From contig OX597830.1 of assembly GCA_951406725.2 (NCBI GenBank), positions 68,386,001-68,450,000 of the forward strand: a stretch of DNA of 64,000 bases. Reading direction: 5' to 3'. A program made the translations under genes and the position numbers. The notes under the pieces were generated by a model, which saw only the letters and a program-made list of their open reading frames with translations, did not search any database and was not told where the DNA came from. The stretch comes from Octopus vulgaris (lineage: Eukaryota). Positions 41,032 to 56,888 of the stretch are shown in pieces. Position 1 is the stretch's first letter, and each line of letters begins with the position of its first letter.

Positions 41032-42310
41032 GAAAAAGTAAAAAGAAACAAAGAAAATGCACACTAGGCATAAAAGTAATGGTTCTTTTTCTTAGAACAA
41101 AGATACATATATATACAATTAAATGATTTGAGGGGAAATTAAGAAGTATAAAAATCCTTACCATGAGTCATTATAGAAAGTCATACCGGTTTCGACATCG
41201 CTGTTCACTAACTTTGAATCAACACCAATTTCCAAACGCTGTTGGGTCTAATAGTACCTGTATCTGTATCTGTATGCAAGGGAGGTAAGCTGTTCTGAAA
41301 GTGATGCAATTAGATTAATATGATTAATAGAGTATGAATGGTATATGAGATGTTTGAGGATTAGTGGGATTACTTGTATTAGTAAGGTTAGTAGTGTCCT
41401 GTATTAAGTTGTGTGTTCATGTTAAGTTGTGGTTGATATTTATTACTGAAAGTTGCCTCTTTATTTAGTCTTTACTGCACTGAGGTGTTCTGGGAGCATT
41501 GATAAAAAGGGAAAATTAGGAAGTTTGGTTTAAGACTCCTATCACATCTATCTATGTGCTCACTAACATCTATCTGTCTATACTGTGGGAAACTGATTTG
41601 TTGTTTTTGAAGCGTTGTTCTTCGTGTTTGTCCTATATAGTGGTTTTGGCAACCTAAGCAAGTAATGACATAGATTTGGTTTTCAGAGGCAAAGTGAAAT
41701 GTGACTTTATCTTAAATATTTCACCTTGTTTGAAGTGAAATTCTGTACCCCCCAAAAGGTGGAAGTATGTGCCCCAGTTAGGCCACCCCCATTTTGCACT
41801 TTTGGTTCCGTTGTTAAGGGATATAATCTTGCGCCGGTTAAATTTTGATAATTTTGTGTGAGTCCAAAATTTCGTTCATTGTTTATCCCCAGTGCGAATG
41901 GGTAAATTCTGGATGATGATGTTGAATGCCTCATTGTTTCTGGAGTTATATGTGGAGATGTATAGGGGTACATTTAAATTTGGTGTAGTATTTCGGTTAA
42001 CTTCCCTTAAGGCTCGTATGTCTAATTCCTTTGAGGTACCATATTTTTGCTGTGATAATTGGTATATTTTAATTTCTAGATTACAAAATTCGCAATCAGT
42101 GGGGCAGCACGAGGTTCCACTGCAATTCCACATTTTTCTTGATAGTAAACTGTATCGGACATGAAGTAGTTGTTCTGGAGGTTAAATTTCAGTGCAGGGA
42201 TTGTGAAGCTGTGGTTGATGCGTCCTGGGATCTCTTCTGGGTATTTTTCTAGCCAGAAGAGGATTGCTTTATATCATAATGGTGTGGGTAACTAGTGCAT
42301 AAATTCACCA
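41030..42310 (-). mobile_element. Degraded Penelope-like element
   Basis: YISTYNSRNNEAF (cf. YISTHNPLNNEAF at 4872-5699), YIGQT, SEHIDRC. Confidence 0.75.
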
Positions 42311-42570
42311 CATCCAATCCTTATTTTCCCTGTCTTCCTTTTCTCTTGAATTTTACGCCATCTCCTGTTTCAGAAAAAGACCTTTGCTCGAAACGTAAAA
42401 CACTTTTTCTTTCTTTCATTCTGTGAGCGTCTTATTAACAATTTGCATGTGTCAAGTCCTCGCGATTATGTTTTACTTGTCCTTTTAGTCCTTCTTTTTT
42501 TAATTAATTATATATATATAGGTACAACAAATTTGCCCATTTCTTTTTGCTGCATGGAAACACCTCTTTT

Positions 42571-42649
<79 letters not shown>

Positions 42650-43153
42650 GTGTGTATGTGTGTGTGTATGTATGTGTGTGTGTATGTGTGTGTGTGCTTG
42701 TGTGTGTGTCTGTATGTGTGTTTGTGTGTGTGTGTATGAGAATAGAATAATTTCTAAGGTATAATTCCTGCTGTTCTTATTGTTTATCAATTGCTTCTGT
42801 TAAGTTTAATTTCTCCACCTTTTCTGCCATTTTCGGTATATTTCGACTTGCTTCTCTTTGAGAATTGCCTCTTTCTGAATTCTCTCTTAATTTCTTAGCT
42901 TCCTTTGATCTTTATTTATCTCTCAACCTTCATCTCCATCTGAATCATTCTTTCTGTGCATAACTTTTCACCTGCCATATTATTCCTTAAAGCTGAGTTT
43001 CTTTTCCATTGTCTCAATTTCTTTCCATGCAATAACACAGCTTTTCTATTCGACGTTCACAGTTAAAGGATAAAGACTTAAATATTCATCTTTATACACA
43101 TCATGACAATTCATTTTACTGACCTGGAATTTTACAATTTATTGATTTTGCAG

Positions 43154-43202
43154 ACTAGAACTTCAAGAAATGGCTGAGGAATCTGGTCAGAAACCCAAAC
43201 AA
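43154..43202 (+). CDS. Exon B1 (49 nt, phase 2->0): LELQEMAEESGQKPKQ
   Basis: ttttgcag| ... |gtaagc. Only the phase-2 frame is open. Flanks paralogous to 62169-62214. Confidence 0.78.
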
Positions 43203-43657
43203 GTAAGCTTTTTTTTTAATCTTAAAATATACTTGAATTATTCTGAATTGTGATGGATTATTTCTTGAGAATTTCATCAAAGGATTTGCTTAAAATGAAC
43301 GCTGTATATTCTGTTTATGAATAATTTCATATATTTTCTCACATTGATACGACTGGTTGCTATCATTTATACTGGTAGACCAAGCTATTATTCTTCAGAC
43401 TGGTAGAGCTATCTGCAATTTTTGCAGTAGGTAGAACTCTATTTTATCTCTTTTTGGTAGATCCAGCTACTAAATTCTATATATTTATTGCAGGCTTCCA
43501 TTTTGTTATATCGTTGCAGTCAGTGATGTGGTTTTCATTTTAATAATATTAGAAAAAACAGCTTCTATATATCATATTATTAGAGATGGAAAGAATCATC
43601 GTATTATATGTCAAACCAGTAAAACCAGTTTCTAAATTCCCCATATATATATATATT

Positions 43658-43691
<34 letters not shown>

Positions 43692-43799
43692 TATATGTAT
43701 GTATATATGTATGTATATGTGTATGTATGTATGTATGTATGTATGTATATATCTATCTATATATAAAGATTTATATATGTATGTATGTATATATATACA

Positions 43800-43985
43800 T
43801 GAAAACAAACATAAAACACAACAACGCGAGGACGTGGAACATGTAGAGTATTATTGGACGCCCAGGAAAGAAGGAGGGTTTAACGTTTCGGGCGGAGCTC
43901 TTCGTCAAAACCATAGGAAATGGAAAGATCCAAAGAAGGGAAGACGGAGGGAAAAAAATCTCCAACGGTACATACGCGGTCATAT
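43800..43985 (-). mobile_element. Penelope terminal fragment with degenerate hammerhead
   Basis: Reverse complement ggttt-TGACGA-agagc-tcc-gccc-GAAAC-GTT-aaacc. Confidence 0.6.
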
Positions 43986-44281
43986 ATATGTATATATATA
44001 TAACATATGGTATAATTATAAACAGGGCAAATTTTAGGCATTTCTCCTCAGATTGAAAAAAAAGATAATGAACAACCTTAATTGATTTTCAACCCTTGTT
44101 GCGTTCTCACGAGAGATATCCACATCATTCTAACAGTCTCCAGAGAAACAAGCAGCCAAACTGTTTCTATACTCAATAAATGCTGCAGTTACTCTATGTA
44201 AGGATCTCTAATTTGCATACCGAAAGTATTTGACACTATAAGTACCAGTGGCCAGTCAAAGGGGACGTATGTATGTATGTG

Positions 44282-44313
<32 letters not shown>

Positions 44314-44352
44314 CATACATAATACACACAATCACATATGCACACAGATGTA

Positions 44353-44420
<68 letters not shown>

Positions 44421-45246
44421 AGTGTGCGCGTGTGTGTGTTTCACCGATCACAGGACTTTCGGTTTCATGGAAGAGACTGAATGTTGATCTCAGAATCTTG
44501 GACAACATGGAGGAGATTACATGGTATCAAGATGACTGGCGATATGCACAACTGGATGCTTCACCCAATTTCCCTCCTTTTCAAGACACTCACCACCACC
44601 TATCACCTCCCTAACACCAGTTTTTTTTTCATACCACTGTTTTTCTACCCAGAATCATTTCACAATTTATCCACCCTTCATCCTTCATTACTGTTCTCTC
44701 CACCCATACTTTCAATCCTCGCCCCTTCCCCAACCCTTCCGTACCTCCAATTTATCTCCCCTCACCCACCACTACACCACTCCCTTTTCCCATACACTGT
44801 GCATTCCTCTTTCTCTCCCCCATCCACTCCTCCAACCTACCCAACAGCGTGTCATCTCTCTCACTCTTCCTTCTCCTTTTTACAATATCACCATTTCTTT
44901 TCTGTGGTTCTGCATTAAAAGATATCCCCTACTCCCCACTCATCCTACCCACGTCGTACCGTCAATGTTCACCCTGACACCTTATCACACCTATCTTTTT
45001 TTTAACTCTCCTGCTCCACCTGATCACCTCCATCCTCTCTTCTAAAATACGAAAGGTCATCTTACTCCTTTATAACAGCAAACTCCTGCTGCTCCGACCC
45101 TTTTCTCTCATACTTTACTCCTTTCTGCTCCTTCTCCTCTCTTAAACTTGCTCCACCTTGGTGTTTATAATCTTGTAAGAAACATGGTAACCTCACTTGT
45201 GCTGATGGAATGAAAATTACACCCAGATTATGTTGAAAGGTGTTAA

Positions 45247-45997
45247 GCATTAGAAGGGTATTATGGTAGTAGCAACAACGACCAGCCTGGTTCGCTTGTA
45301 CCTCCGTCACACACAGCAGCAGCGAGTGTAAGTGAACTCCCCTCCACCGTCAACATTACGTCGAGTCAATCTCGGAACGCTGTCACTTGCTTTGGTTCAT
45401 TGCACTCCATTTTCTCGGCTCCAATATTTGGGGGAACAATCAATGTGAACTTCTTTGGTTCAGATGCAAAGCGACCTCGTCTCACAGATAATGAGGACTG
45501 TAAAGTTTTCCTGGACTATTGTGCTCTACTCTGACTGACATTGCTACTCGAAAACATGCTTGAGTATTATTAAAGTTATTGAAGATTCAATCTGTGTTAT
45601 GTATTTCTTGAACGTGAACTTGAATGTTAACAAAATGTTAAATAGTCATCAGTTATCAGTCATTTCACCTGAAAACTTAGCGCAATAAAGTCGGACTATC
45701 TTCCTGCGGCATGACATCTTTTACAGTTACACATTGTGACGTCACTGACGTGAAATCAAGCTGTATTCATGCGCGCTTCAACATGATGTGAAGAATTTAA
45801 TTATTAGATTAATAAAATATGGTCGTTTATTCGTGTGTAATAAATAAAATACCAAACTCATTCCCTATGGATACCGTATTTATTACAACTCGTGGCTTGT
45901 AAACGTATCTAACTTGCTTTCGCTCGTTAGATACGTTTACAAGCCACTCGTTGTAATAAATACGGTATCCATTGGGAACTCGTTTAGTATTCTCTAT
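45247..45997 (+). mobile_element. Probable Crypton-type element 3' end: C-terminal ORF remnant + terminal hairpin
   Basis: ATG-less open frame 45247-45534 containing SIFSAPIFGGTINVNF, followed by a ~144-nt fold-back at 45848-45991. Confidence 0.45.
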
Positions 45998-46587
45998 GTA
46001 TTAAACATGCTAAAGCACACAGGAGCACAATTCCAGCCCGGAACAGGATGACTTTGACGATGATGTTGATGCTCATAATGGGGAGAAGGGGGATACAGTA
46101 TACCACTGTATCGACCAGATTATTAAATGCTGCTATACTTCGCTACGGACTGGTCACAGTGAGCTCTTTCTTGATTGCATGATTCTTGTCCATTTTGACC
46201 CCAATTTTTGAACTAAATCATGTTCCCATAGTCATGGAGGCCTTCTGTGTGGCCCTGTCCAGTCTGTCGGATATCACTCAGCAGCTGTGTTGGATGGGTG
46301 CATCGCCAACAAGGGACGATGGACAAATGTGTTGCTATTGATTTAGGAGAAATAAACAAGCAACAAAAATATCACTGAGAGAGAAAGAGAGAGAGTGAGA
46401 GAGAAATACAATTATCACTATAAGTGGGTGCGGGGGCGATAGAGAAATGTTATAATATCGGAATTTCAACGTTTCGTAAAAAGAGGACTGTTTTTTGCAG
46501 GGAAAAAACATAAAAGGAATTAGTTCAACTTACATGAAGAAAATTTACCGGGTGTTCTATCGGTATAAACGTCTTCAGCAGCATGTT

Positions 46588-46645
<58 letters not shown>

Positions 46646-46680
46646 GAGTGAGTGGACAAACAAAAGGAGTTACATATATC

Positions 46681-46830
46681 AATCAGAACAGTTTGATTCA
46701 AATTCGTTGGTACTTTTGAGTTTCAAACGCGATGCTAGTCGTCAGCCATTTTGAATTTGTGTTCAAATTCAAAATGGATAACGACTTGCATCGCGCTTAA
46801 ATCTCAACGAATTTGAATCAAACTGTTTTG

Positions 46831-46833
<3 letters not shown>
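46681..46833. mobile_element. Palindromic MITE-like element
   Basis: aatcagaacagtttgattcaaattcgttg ... caacgaatttgaatcaaactgttttgatt with a nested inner inverted repeat. Confidence 0.7.
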
Positions 46834-46903
<70 letters not shown>

Positions 46904-47529
46904 TACATATTGTTCGGGATTATGGGCTTTTTTGGGGGTTTGTGTATGTATGTGTTCGTGCCTATATGCTTATATACACGTGTATATTTCCTTAGGTGGA
47001 TAGATAAATCATTTGTTTGACCGCACATTACAGGTTGACGCTCCACCAACCAGCCTCCCCAATGACGCATCTCAAGTCACGTCTGGTTCCTAGTGGTTAA
47101 AATATGATGCACTTAATTACTCCTTATCTATAACCCTACTGCGCCTTTGTGATCCGATGTTACTCTTGTCTTGTTTCTCGCCTCCTCTCTAATTTCGTCA
47201 GAGAATTCTACTGACATCCTTTTCTATCAGTCTTTTGATGACTCTAACTCCTTCTTTATACCAATGCTTTCCTTCTTGTCATTATTTATAATACTAAGTC
47301 ACTGTGGGTTCCCACCCCATCTCACTCTCCAAACTCATATTAGTTCACATACATTTCCTGAAAATTTAAATACGCTGCTAGCTTGTGGTTTCTTGCTGTT
47401 TCAACTTTCTGTCTCTTAGGTCGATCACACTTACCATATTTAAGAATCAATACAGAAATTGTTTTACGCATCAAGAATATGTAGAATACTGATTTGAAAA
47501 CTTTCTGTAGTCCTATGCAAAATCAATGG

Positions 47530-49640
47530 GCACTATAAACTGAGAAAGAATGGACCTCGTCTCAAACACCTCTTCATGGCTGATTTAAAACTTTTCGCAA
47601 ACAGCAGAGTCTGAAAAGGAGGGGCTGGTGTTGAGGCTGTGCAAATGTGCAACATGGATATAGGGACGGAAGTAGGTATCTCGAAGTTTTCGGTGCTTAT
47701 TTTGAAGCGAGGGAAAGAGTAAATTGTAGGACTATAGGAGGGCCAAACGGAGAGAGAATGAAATACCCGGATGATGATGGGTACAAGTAATTTGGGATCC
47801 TGGAGCTGGACAATATACTGCACAAAAAAATGAAGACCAAATTCGTCGCTGCATATTTGATGAAAATAAGAGAAATAATCTGTCAATCCTTAATGAAAGT
47901 AATAGACAATCAACACTACTAATTAACAAGAAAACAAGAAAAATACTCAATAAATACAAAATTGCAGAACAAGGTAGGCCTGAGTTAAAAGAACAGCTGA
48001 AGCCGTCAACATTTCTCTGAACAAAAGAAAGAATTCAACTCTAACCCCAAAAGATTCTACCAAGAACTTGGCAAAAATAACTTAGAGATCAATGCAGCAC
48101 CACCAGCAGAAATGGAAGAATTTGGGAAAGAAAATATGGTCGTCGATGGAACTACCTCAGAAAATGTCTTTTAAAATAACAAAAACAGCACCTGAACGAC
48201 TCTGGACCCTATAACAACTGAAGAGGTCACCCAGGCACTGAAAAACCTACGCAACTGGAAGGCACCTGGGCACAAGATCCTTAAGTCCTGGTTAAAATAC
48301 CTGCCAAGAAAACAAAAGGCTGACTGGGAAATTTAATGATATACTAGCAAAGCCAGAGACAATGACTGAATGGCTCACGGAAGGGAAAACTATCCTAATT
48401 CCCAAATCCTCTGAAACGGCAAACCCACGAAATTACAAAAAGAATACTTGTCTCTCTGCATCTTACAAAGCCTTTACTTCAATAATATCACAGCGAATGG
48501 GTAAGCGTATCGAAGAAAATAGCCTTTGCTTCCAGAAGAGCAGAAGGGATGCTGCAAGGGCTGTAAAGATCAGCTACTTATCACTAAAGCCATAACCGAA
48601 AACAGTTGCAGAAAGAAGAAGGGTGTAATTATGGCCAGGGTAAGATACAACAAACAAAAACGAAAGAGAAGATAAGAAAAAAAAGCTATAGACGAGTTAG
48701 ATTAATACTGAAAACAGAGCTCAATGCAAAAAGCAAGATAATACGGTATCAACACTCGCCGTCACAGTTACCGAGACAATATTCTTAACTGGACGCTAAA
48801 TGAACTAATCAAAATAGACTGGAAAAGAAGAAAAATAGTGACAGAATTTAGGATGCACCACCCAAGATCTGACGTTAAAGTGTTTTGTATACAACGTATG
48901 GAAGGTGGTAGATGCCTTATACAGCTAGAAAACCTTTACAAAATAACCACCTAGGACTACAGAAATACCTACTTCAGACGCAAGGAAAACTATTACAAAT
49001 AGCCACAAAAAACGATCAAAACCAAAAAGAGTCGTAGTATCTAACAGGTATGAGGAAAAAGAAAAAAAACAAACGATGTAAAATAACTGAAATCCAAACT
49101 AAAACTGGAACAGCAACGGATCATGATAACATGATGGCAAGGAAAGCCCCTTCATGGCAAATATTGGGTTAAACTAAACGCAAAATAAACAAAGCAAAAT
49201 CCCAACAATGGCTGAGAAGCTCAGGACTCAGAGTAGAGACTAAAGGATTTTTATTTTCAACACAAGACCAAATCTTCGTCAATACACACAGGTAGAGAAA
49301 TTAAGGCTATCAGGTCGGGTATAGTTGCTAGAGATCATCAATAAAAAATGCTTTCTACTTGATATATCAATACCAACAGATGACAAAGTTTTTCTAAAAT
49401 AAATAGAGAAACTATCAAAATGCAAGAATCTGGAAGTAGAGGTAACACGAATGTGGAATCTAAAAACAGAAACAAATAATTCCTATCACAGTAGGTATGA
49501 TAAAAAGTATTCAGAAAAATGCATAAGAAAAATACAAGGACTTACAAGTAAATATAAACATAGAAAATAGCACAAATATGAAAATAAGAGGACCACAACA
49601 AACCGCAGCACATACCCAAGGTGCTCAGAGCTATGCTCGG
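47530..49640 (+). mobile_element. Degraded Dong/R4 LINE pieces (RT and REL endonuclease)
   Basis: HLFMADLKLFA, EWLTEGKTILIPK, WLRSSGL, LLDISIPTDD, RMWNLKT. 47860-48300 is homologous to 38930-39400. Confidence 0.8.
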
Positions 49641-49669
49641 TAGTGCAGTGACAACTTGAGATAAAAATA

Positions 49670-50110
49670 AGCGGTTGAGCAGGGACTTCACCTGTGCTTG
49701 TTTTCAATGAGTCATTACTGAGAGCATGAGGCCTTCGGGCCATTTGACATTGGTGAAGTTGAAATCACGCATAAGAAATATGTTCACGTGGCGTTCCAGT
49801 TGCATGAGGATTTCATTAATTCTTGTGAGGCAATCTTCACACTTGCCTATGTGGTTTGGAGCCTCCGGTGGGCAATATGTATTGCATATGACTGTATTGT
49901 GTTGCTTTATGTATACAACTAGAATGGCACATACTGAATTTGAATATGACAGTAAGACATTGGGTTTGAGGTCATTACGGATGTTTACAGAAACTCTATG
50001 GTTCCTTTCCCTTCTGTCTGTTCGCAGCATGATATATTTTGGTACGTGTACTTCTGCATCCTCTATTTTAGGGCTGAGATGAGTTTCCACGAGTGCTATG
50101 CTTAGGGCTT
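49670..50110 (-). mobile_element. CR1-group AP endonuclease fragment
   Basis: IALVETHL...RTDR...YCPP...DFNFTNVKW. Confidence 0.8.
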
Positions 50111-50148
50111 GATTACATGCAGCAAGGTCTCTCTCTCTCTCTCCCTCT

Positions 50149-50267
<119 letters not shown>

Positions 50268-50464
50268 CATTTTAAATAGAATTTATAACTATGTATTCCT
50301 ATGTAAAACCAAGTTGATTGCCGAATTTGAGATATTTTAAAATTCCTATCTTTTGTCTTGGGTTCGACCCGAATACTTCTTAAGCAGTTCTATATATTTC
50401 GTAAGAAATAATAATAATAATAATAATGTATATATGTATGTATAGATATGTATATATATGTATG

Positions 50465-50537
<73 letters not shown>

Positions 50538-50550
50538 GCATATATATATA

Positions 50551-50715
<165 letters not shown>

Positions 50716-50736
50716 ATATATATATATATGTATATA

Positions 50737-50771
<35 letters not shown>

Positions 50772-50775
<4 letters not shown>

Positions 50776-52121
50776 GCCTCACTAGCACCCACCATCGACC
50801 CTATCCCATCATCCACTCCTTCACCTGCACCTCCAGCAATATTATCTATTGCATCTCTTGCTCTCTCTGCAATTCCTTGTACATCGGACAAACGGGACGC
50901 CGCTTGGCTGACCGGTTCGCGGAACACCTTCGTGACATCCACCTTGCGAACGACACACCGGTCTCACGCCATTTCCGCTCCACCGGTCACTCCTTGCAAC
51001 ACCTATCTGTGTTCGGTTTGTCCTTACACAGAGGCCATCCGGATTCCCGTTTGCCCCGTGAACAGGAATTAATCTTCTCTCTTCGCTCTTATACGCCATT
51101 TGGTCTCAACTCTCCCCCCTCCTCATCTAACCCCCTCTCCCCCTCCTTATCTAACCCCCTCTCCCCCTCCTCACCTATCCTTTCTCCCCCGACCCCTACT
51201 TCTTCAGTCCTTCATCCTTTCACCCCTACTCCCCTTCCCTTCTTCCCTCTTTCTCCCTCCCTCTTCCCCTTCCCTCTGCTCCCTCACTCCCTCTCTCCCC
51301 CTCTCCCTCTTTCCTCCTTCATCCCCCTCCTCCCCTTCCTTCTCCCCCATCCTCTCCTCTTCCCCTTCTCCTCTCCCCTCTTCCCCCCCCCCTTCCCCTC
51401 CCCCTCTTCTCCCCCTCCGCCTCTTCTCCTCACTACACCACATGACTTTACACATCACATCACATATGATGTGCCATACTAATACACACACCAACTAATA
51501 CATACTAATACGTACTAATACATACTAGTACATACTAATACTTACACCAACCCTATACATACACACGTCCAGACCCCGCATACGCACTTATACTCTCTCT
51601 CTCACACACACACACACACCTATACATACCAATACGTACTAATACATACTAATACATACTAATACATACACCAACCCATACATACGCACGTCCAGACCAA
51701 TCTTACGCACTAATACTCTCTCATACACACACACACACACACACACACACCCTTATACATACTAATACATACACCAACCCTATACATACACACATCCAGC
51801 CCCTCCTACGCACTTTTAGCTGGTCCCTCAACCCTTTTATCAACCCTATTATCTCCCCTTATTTCGCTCTCGCGTCTCATGTTTGATCTTTGACCTCTGG
51901 CCGAAATCAGATCGCCATGTTGATTCGTTAGCTACTGCACGCATTTTTTTCTCTCCTTCTTTCTGTGTTTTTCTCTCTCTGTGTATCTTTCTGTTGAAGA
52001 GCGTAGGCTCGAAACGTTAAAGACTTGTTTTATTTATATTTCCTGAGCGCCATACTAATACAATTGTTCGTTTGTTTTCCACCTGCCTTCGTCTTTTGTT
52101 TATTTTCATAAAGCTTCCCGT
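50772..52121 (+). mobile_element. 5'-truncated Penelope-like element (GIY-YIG + 3' UTR)
   Basis: [11 protein letters not shown]...[16 protein letters not shown]...GLN. Hammerhead variant at 51986-52023. (TA)n on both sides. Confidence 0.9.
51986..52023 (+). ncRNA. Minimal hammerhead variant
   Basis: tcttt-CTGTTGA-a-gagc-gtag-gctc-GAAAC-GTT-aaaga. Perfect stems I and II, core A6->U. Confidence 0.6.
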
Positions 52122-53078
<957 letters not shown>

Positions 53079-53646
53079 CAGAACTTGAGGCGATCCAACG
53101 AAGCTACACGAAGAAGATAGCCTCTATGCAGAATGTAAGCTACTGGGAAAGACTCAAGAGATTAAAATTATATTCCCTGGAGCGTAGGCGGGAAAGATAT
53201 GCCATAATATACGTCTGGAAGATCCTGGAGGGAAGTGTCCTGAACTTTGGCATCGAGAGTTACGCAAATGCCAGAACTGGGCGCCACTGCGTGGTGCCTA
53301 GGACTCCAAACCTGCCATCAAGATGTAGGACAAGATTCTGTGATAGCCTGGGCTTCCGAGGCCCACAGCTCTTCAATATCCTCCCGAAGGACCTGAGAGA
53401 CCTGCATGGGGTGGATACAGATGTCTTTAAAATGAAGCTGGATCTCTTCCTGTCAGGTGTCCCAGATGAACCAACTTCACGGCAGGAGGGGCAGATGAGG
53501 GCAGCTGCATCGAACTCTCTCATGCACCAAATAGCAGTTGCTAGAAAACCCCCATGAAGTGAAACCAAGTAGCAACACCAAATGGCGGTGCCCCAGCATG
53601 GCCACAGCTCATAAGCTGAAACTAGAATCAATCAATCAATCAATCA

Positions 53647-53647
<1 letters not shown>
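53079..53647 (+). mobile_element. CR1-group LINE 3' end
   Basis: [10 protein letters not shown]...[19 protein letters not shown]. 3' hairpin and (AATC)n tail. Confidence 0.88.
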
Positions 53648-53681
<34 letters not shown>

Positions 53682-53689
53682 TGTATATA

Positions 53690-56308
53690 CTCTTGTTTCA
53701 GCCATCGGCTGAGGCTTTACTTGTTTCAGCCATCCTGATCTAAGAGAGAGTTTGTAGCTGCTGAGGTTACCTTCGTACCTTGCAGTGGGTTCATCTGAGG
53801 CCAGCTGGGGCACCGCCCTTGTTGCTACCCTCTCTAAGTCCAGTTTGCCGTGGCTGGCCACTGATCTAAGAGAGAGTTTGTAGCTGCTGCCCTTAGGTTA
53901 CCTTCGTACCTTGCAGTGGGTTCATCTGGGATCCCGGAAAGCAGCTTGTCTAGATGTTTTTTGAAAATGTCCACATCCGCATCATGTAGATCTCTTAGTT
54001 TTCTTGGCAGTTTGTTGAACAGTTGAGGGCCCCTGAACCCCAGACTATTACAGTATCTGCTCCTTACCCTGGATGTGGAAGACGGGACCTTTGGCACCAC
54101 ACAGTGACGTCCTGTACGGGGATTGGAACAGCTCTCAATTCCAAAATTTGGTGCTAGTCCCTCCAGGATTTTCCATATGTATATCACTGCATATCTCTCT
54201 CGTCTTCGTTCCAAGGAGTACAAATTGAGTTCCCTAAGCCTCTCCCAATAGTTCTTTTCTTTCATGGTGGAAATCCTCTTGGTGAAATGTCTTTGGATTG
54301 TCTCAAGCTCTGTGGTCAGTTTGACACTATGCGGTGACCACAGTTGGGAGCAGTAGTCCAGGCGGCTTAGGACAAATGTCCTCCATAGTGTCAACATGGT
54401 CTCCAGTCTCTTGTCCGGAATGTCCTCAGGATCCAGCCAGTGAGTCGTCTGCACATTGTCGCCACCTTCGCGATGTGTGAAGAAAAAGATGCATCGTCAC
54501 TCATGTCTATCCCCAGGTCCCGTATTGATTTCGATACTGGGATTTCGATCCCTCCTGGACCAGTATAGTTGTGTTGTAATGTATATGTGTTTACAGCTTG
54601 ATATTGTAAGGCTTGAAATTTACCAGCATTAAATTGCATGTTGTTGTCTTCAGCCCATTTGTATATGGCATCCAGATCTTGTTGTAAAAGGTCAGCATCA
54701 GCTGGGTTTTTGATTGCCTGTGCTACCTTTGTGTCATCAGCATAGCTAGTGAGGGATGTTGTTTGTGCTACCAAGGGCATGTCAGAGAGCGCCACCAAAA
54801 ACAGCAAGGGTCCCAAGACTGTGCCCTGTGGCACCCCGCTTGCTATTGGTGTCTTTCCCGAGAGGACTCCATTGGCTGCAACCATCTGGCTTCTGTCCTT
54901 CAGGAAGTCATGTATCCACTCACCTACTGTTCCTGTTATGCCGAGTCTGAGTAATTTGTGACATATCACTCCGTGGTCGACTTTGTCAAAGGCCTTCGCA
55001 AAGTCGAGATATACCACATCCACCTGTGAGCGATCCAGTAGTTGTTTCAGTACCCAGTCGTAGTGTTGTAACAGCTGCGTAAGGCAGCTTCTTCCTGGGC
55101 GAAAGCCATGCTGTGTGTCAGTGAGACGGTTAGTTTCTTCGAGGAACGTGATCAGTTTTTTTCTGATGATTCGTTCCATGACCTTACTTATGTGTGACGT
55201 CAGGGAGACTGGCCTGTAGTTTTTGGCCTCTGCTCTACTCCCTCCTTTGTGGATAGGGCATATGGTGCCTTCTTTTAGCGCCCTGGGCAGTTTACCGTTA
55301 GCCAAGAAACCACCGAAGAGCTTCTTCAGTGGTCCCGCTAGGGCATGCCTGCATGCTTTTAGGAGGACTGCTGGGAATCCATCTGGTCCAGCAGCTGAGT
55401 TTATTCTCATTTCTTCTATGGCAGATATTACATCCCTCTCTGTTATGTCTATGTGGTCGATGGTTGTTGTTTGGTTTTGGAGTGTTGTGGCATCAAAGAA
55501 AACTTCTGGGTTTGTGATTTGCATGTGCCCCAGAGGGGATGTGAACACACTTTTATACTGTTCCTTTAGTATTTCACTTATCCCTTGGGGGTCCTCAGTT
55601 AGAGAGCCCTTTTTATCAAAGAGTGGGCCAATCTTGCAGTGTACCGAGGTGGTTTCTTTCGCAAATTTAAAGAAGGCTTTAGGGTTTGTTTTAATATTCT
55701 CTATGGCCCTGGCTTCTCTCTCTGCCCTCTCCTTCTCATAGGAAAGTTTGAGTGCAGTTTCCGTTTCAAAAAGTTTCAGGTGGAGTCCCTCATTGTTTCT
55801 CTGCCGTGCATTCAGTTGCTTCGAGAGCTTAGCTCTTCGCCTCATAAGTATTTTCCTGTCTCTGGGAATAACGTTCCTATGCCCGCTGGCTTTTTTCTCC
55901 GGGACAAACTTATGGCATATGATCTGTATTGTTGTCATGAAATGTTGGAAATGTGTGTTGGTGTCTTGTGTGGTGATGAAGTCACTCCAGTCATGTTTTC
56001 GGATCTCTTCGTTTATCTTCTTCCAGTTTGCCTTATGGAAGTTTAGACTGGATAGGCCTGTGGTATTTTCTAATGGCTGCGTCTCAACTAACTCTCTCAT
56101 ACCATATATCATTACCTCTACTAAGTTGTGATCTGAGAGAATTGTTGGTGTTACCATTATGTTGTGGATGAGCATCGGGTTGCTTGTGAAACAGAGGTCC
56201 AAGACATTCTCACCTCTTGTTGGCCGAAGCACTGCTTGTTCCATGAAAAACTTGCGTGTGAGAGCCAACAAGGACTCTGTCTGTCTCTGTTCAAGTGATG
56301 TCATTCCA
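53690..56308 (-). mobile_element. 5'-truncated CR1-group LINE (RT)
   Basis: 637-aa ORF with [32 protein letters not shown] and YADD. One frameshift near 54405 into LDYCSQLWSP...SLERRRER. Confidence 0.95.
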
Positions 56309-56470
56309 TATATATATGTATGTATGTATATATATGTATATATATATGTATATATGCATATATGTATATATATGTATATATATATATATATGTATGTATA
56401 TATATATATATGTATGTATATATATATATATATGTATGTATATATATATATGTATGTATATATATATATG

Positions 56471-56510
<40 letters not shown>

Positions 56511-56746
56511 TATGTATGTATATATATATATGTATGTATATATATATATGTATGTATATATATATATGTATATGTATTTATATATATATATATGTATGTA
56601 TATATATATATGTATGTATATATATATATGTATGTATATATATATATGTATGTATATATATATATATGTATATATATATGTATGTATATATGTATGTATA
56701 TATATATATATATGTATGTATATATATATATGTGTGTGTGTGTATG

Positions 56747-56888
<142 letters not shown>

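Noticed and set aside
51480-51810. Spaced acatactaat / caccaaccc repeats resembling an array
   Set aside because: Minisatellite within a Penelope 3' UTR, lacking constant repeat-spacer structure. Not CRISPR.
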